Source of the DNA: Camelus ferus
Taxonomy: Eukaryota
DNA length: 64,000 bases
NCBI RefSeq assembly: GCF_009834535.1
Contig: NC_045704.1
Span: 16,616,001 to 16,680,000, forward strand
Direction: 5' to 3'
Of the stretch, positions 60,935-64,000 are shown one piece after another (the stretch's first letter is position 1; the number at the start of each line of letters is the position of its first letter). The translations under genes were made by a program, and so were the position numbers. The notes beneath the pieces were generated by a model, which was given only the letters and a program-made list of their open reading frames with translations, did no database searches and was not told the origin of the DNA.

Positions 60935-61362
60935 TCAGAGCTCCCCCCGGGCATGCCGGATGTAGTGTTGATGCAGCCCTGCTTCCTGGGTAAAGTCCTG
61001 ACCACACTCAGTGCAGGCGAAGGGGCCCGGGGAGGCACGGGCCTCGTGCACCTGGCGGTGCCGCCTCAGAGAAGCAGCCTGCCCAAAGGTCTTGCCACAG
61101 TCAGGACAGGGGAAGGTGGGCTGGGTGGTGGTGGGTGCAGCTGACTGGGAGGGTCTGGCTGCTGGACCGTGGCTGCGCTGGTGGGCGATCAGGGCCTTGN
61201 NNNNNNNNNNNNNNNNNNNNNNNNNNNNNNNNNNNNNNNNNNNNNNNNNNNNNNNNNNNNNNNNNNNNNNNNNNNNNNNNNNNNNNNNNNNNNNNNNNNN
61301 NNNNNNNNNNNNNNNNNNNNNNNNNNNNNNNNNNNNNNNNNNNNNNNNNNNNNNNAGGTGGC
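60935..61362 (-). CDS. ZNF576: ZNF576 exon 3 (C2H2 fingers; 61200-61355 is N)
   Basis: Acceptor cccttag|GC CAC CT (C-H-L); visible 3' part open with two complete fingers; 428 bp. Confidence 0.92.
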
Positions 61363-63071
61363 CTAAGGGACGTGGGAAGAGGTTGAAGTCTCCAGGACCT
61401 CTGCCAGCTCCAGAATCATGCCAGCAATGAACATGCGGTGCTTACTATATGCCAGACGCTATGTCAGCACTGGACAGCAGTACAGGCAAACTATTATTGG
61501 ACCTGTTTTACAGATGAGCAGACTGAGGCTCAAAAAGGTTAGGCCCTGGTGGACAGTCACAAAGCTGGGAAATGAAATAGTGGAGTCAGGTCTGGAACCC
61601 AGGAGTCTGCCCTTCCCACAGGGCCATGTGATTAGGGCACAGCCTCTGGAGCCAGACTGCCTGGAACTGAATGCCAGTTCTGTGGCTTCCTGGGCAAGTA
61701 AAAACAGTGTTTTCACCTGGAAAACACTGTTTTATCTACTTCATAGGGCTGTTGGAAGGAACAAATGAATTAACTTATACAAAGTGCTTAGAACAGTGCT
61801 ACACAGTGGTTTGCAATAATTATTGCTGAGAGAGAGAAAAGCAGCCCCACAGCCAGAGCTGGCCTGGCACTCAGAGCTGGGCCTTGGCGTTCTCCTGCTG
61901 AACATAAACAGTTTAACAGAACATCATCAGACAAGGCCGTACTGTGACTGAGGTGAGTCAAGACAAGACCACACCATAATGCCATCTGTACACAGACAAA
62001 CGTGAACACTGTCCAAACCACAAAAATGGCCAAACACCCACCTGTCCTGGCTAATATGCGTGCCGTGCCGGTTGCTGCTTTACCAATCAGCTTGAGCTGT
62101 GCTTTGTTCCTCCCTCCTTCTAGGTAAGATTTATTGAGACAGCCAGCCACATAATTGCCCCCACTTCCTGGCAGCATCCATCCAGAGTAAAACCCCTTTC
62201 TTGAACCTTTCCCCAAATCGCTTACCACAAACCCATATCCTATAATAAATCCTTATTACAGAGATGCCCCATGGTGTGTGTGCTTCCTCAACGCAGTGAG
62301 CAGTAAACCCAGCTTGTTCCAACTCCAGGTATGTCCCTGTGATCTTTGGCTGGAGAGCACTGACACTGTGGCTCTCATTGTTACAAATATTTAACCTCTC
62401 TTTGCCTCAGTCCCATCATCTGAAAGTGCTAATTATCAACTGCAGAGGGTCTGCAAGGACTGGATAACAAATGTTAAACTCTTAGAACGCGCCTAGCCCA
62501 TAATAAGCATTCGGTAAAAGCTGTTGCTTTTTTCCTGTGTCTAACTGGCTACTTTCATAAACATCAAGCTTTCCATTTTTCTGCCGTTAGTCCTCACACC
62601 AGCCCTATGAGGTGAATAGTGCCAACCCCTTTTAACAGACAGAGAAACAGAAGCCCAAGTCACACGGAAAGTCTGGGGCAGAGTTGGGATTGGGGCTCTC
62701 TGCCTTTTCCCAGCCACCTCTCGCACTCTAAGTCTCTCTGGATGCTGCTCAGTGCCTCTGAATTGCATCCCCTTCATGCTTATGTGGACAGAGCAGAGGG
62801 AGTATGTCTGAGGGTAGTTAAGGGTAAGGGTGGGGGAGGAACAGCTTCTAGGAGGGCAGCTCGGGGGCCATTACAGCTCCTTCCCAACAGGCAAGTCCTG
62901 TCAACGCCTTGGACACTGAAATGCTCTAGTAATCCTTTTAGCTTCAGCTTCTGCACCCCACCCTCCTCTGGTCGGCAGTACTCACAGATGTCGCCTTCTG
63001 GACTTTGGAGACTTCTTTCCTTGGACGAATTCCTGCTGCTCCATGGTCTCTTTGGGGTGCGGGTCCTCCGT
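60935..63071 (-). CDS. ZNF576: Zinc finger protein 576; 5' end disrupted (ACG for ATG and +1 frameshift), possibly a pseudogene or N-terminally altered
   Basis: Exon 2 homologous to MEDPNPEENMKQQDSPKERSPQSPGGNIC; exon 3 ends ...ACTECGQDFTQEAGLHQHYIRHARGEL*. Confidence 0.9.
61827..62365 (+). mobile_element. ERV solo LTR (MER39-like by recall) in ZNF576 intron 2
   Basis: TG...TGACA ends, catcagacaaggcc...caaaccacaaaaatggccaaac, internal ataataaa and agtaaa signals. Confidence 0.6.
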
Positions 63072-63087
63072 GGTGACTGGGACACCT
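62986..63087 (-). CDS. ZNF576: ZNF576 exon 2 (formerly the first coding exon)
   Basis: Acceptor cttctcttgaccag, ACG at 63071, donor T|gtgagt; 86 bp from ACG versus 85 expected. Confidence 0.85.
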
Positions 63088-63499
63088 CTGGTCAAGAGAA
63101 GAGCACGCAGGACATAATAGTAAATCAACTGAAGTTGCTCATCGCAGCCGGCTTTAGAGGGCCCACTAATCTTATGACCTTTGACTGGCTCTCCTTGCCA
63201 GCCTTTGACCCCCATGATACCATCTCCTTGGATTTTAACCTGATAAGAGTGCTCACTAGAGGAGATTCAATCCTCCCGAAAGATTAGACTCCCCGGGTTT
63301 GTGGCTCCCCTTAGAGTCTTCTTACTTGCGTGAGACCTCTGACCTATGCTTCCTTCATTAAACTCCCTGAACTCCGAGCGCGGGACTCTTCATCTTTGAC
63401 ACAGCCTCATCCCCTTTTCTCCCACGTGTCTTGAGGCAGGTAGTGGTACCCACGCTTTAGCCTGCCTCTTCCCAGGAGACATCTTCCTTTGACATCCCG

Positions 63500-64000
63500 A
63501 AACTCCTGTTCCACCCAAAGCTCCCGCTTCCCACGCGCGCTTTCAGCCGGTGTATCCCGCTGCCCCAGGCATTGCCCTCGGCTCCCTGCCAAGGCGGGTG
63601 GCTCAGGCCTCCGCTTTTCTCTGGACAGCAGGGGACTGCCTTTCGTTGCGCCTGTCAGTCGCTCGTCTCAGCGCCGTCACCCGAAGGGAAGCGAGGTAGG
63701 GCCCACCGAGTCTCAGGTGGTTTCCAAGGCCTTCCGCCTGATGAGACTTTTGAAGCGGAGATCCCGTAATGCCATCCGGCGGTGATGAAGTAGCGCCAGC
63801 CCGGCCCTCAAAAATAACGGGAGGGGTCCTTCTCTGCACTGGGGTGCGTAATGATGACGTTGCAAGCCACCCGTGCCGTACAGACCTAAGCGTTTTGCGC
63901 AAGTGTGGTAGGTGCTCCTGGCGCGCACGCGCTGTGGCTCCTTCATTGTTTAAGGCCCCGTACAGCGAGCGCCCTTCGGCCGTTCTGCGCAGGCGCCGTA
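63500..64000. promoter_or_regulatory. CpG-island promoter of ZNF576, probably bidirectional with IRGQ just beyond the window
   Basis: CpG-rich, NRF1-like gcgcgcacgcgc and tgcgcaggcgc, TGACGT. The IRGQ partner is inferred from human synteny only. Confidence 0.7.

Noticed and set aside
63713-63946. ATG-containing minus-strand ORF in the ZNF576 5' region as a rescue start
   Set aside because: It stops at 63713, before any candidate donor.

Overview
Mammalian genomic DNA, syntenic to human 19q13.31 (window runs opposite to the human reference orientation). Seven tRNA-Ala-derived SINEs of the Vic-1 type point to a camelid. Gene order: an unnamed, apparently pseudogenised two-domain Ly6/uPAR (LU) gene on the minus strand (4 exons recovered by hand, 770-4393), head-to-head with PLAUR (+, 7 coding exons, 336 aa); CADM4 (+, exons 2-9 intact, exon 1 probably inside an N gap); ZNF428 (+, 192 aa); SRRM5 (-, nested in ZNF428, 26-unit 36-bp repeat); ZNF576 (-, first ATG changed to ACG plus a +1 frameshift in exon 2, while the last fingers are intact); and the CpG-rich promoter expected to be shared with IRGQ at the right edge. 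The rest is MIR/L2/L1, MLT1 and other LTRs, and hAT elements. Best leads: the hidden LU pseudogene, the broken ZNF576 N-terminus, a W32R change at the uPAR vitronectin-binding site, the MLT1 matching human soluble-uPAR exon 7b, and clustered ZNF143-like and octamer motifs. Orthologue comparisons rely on my recall of human sequences and were not computed. Repeat subfamily names are by eye.
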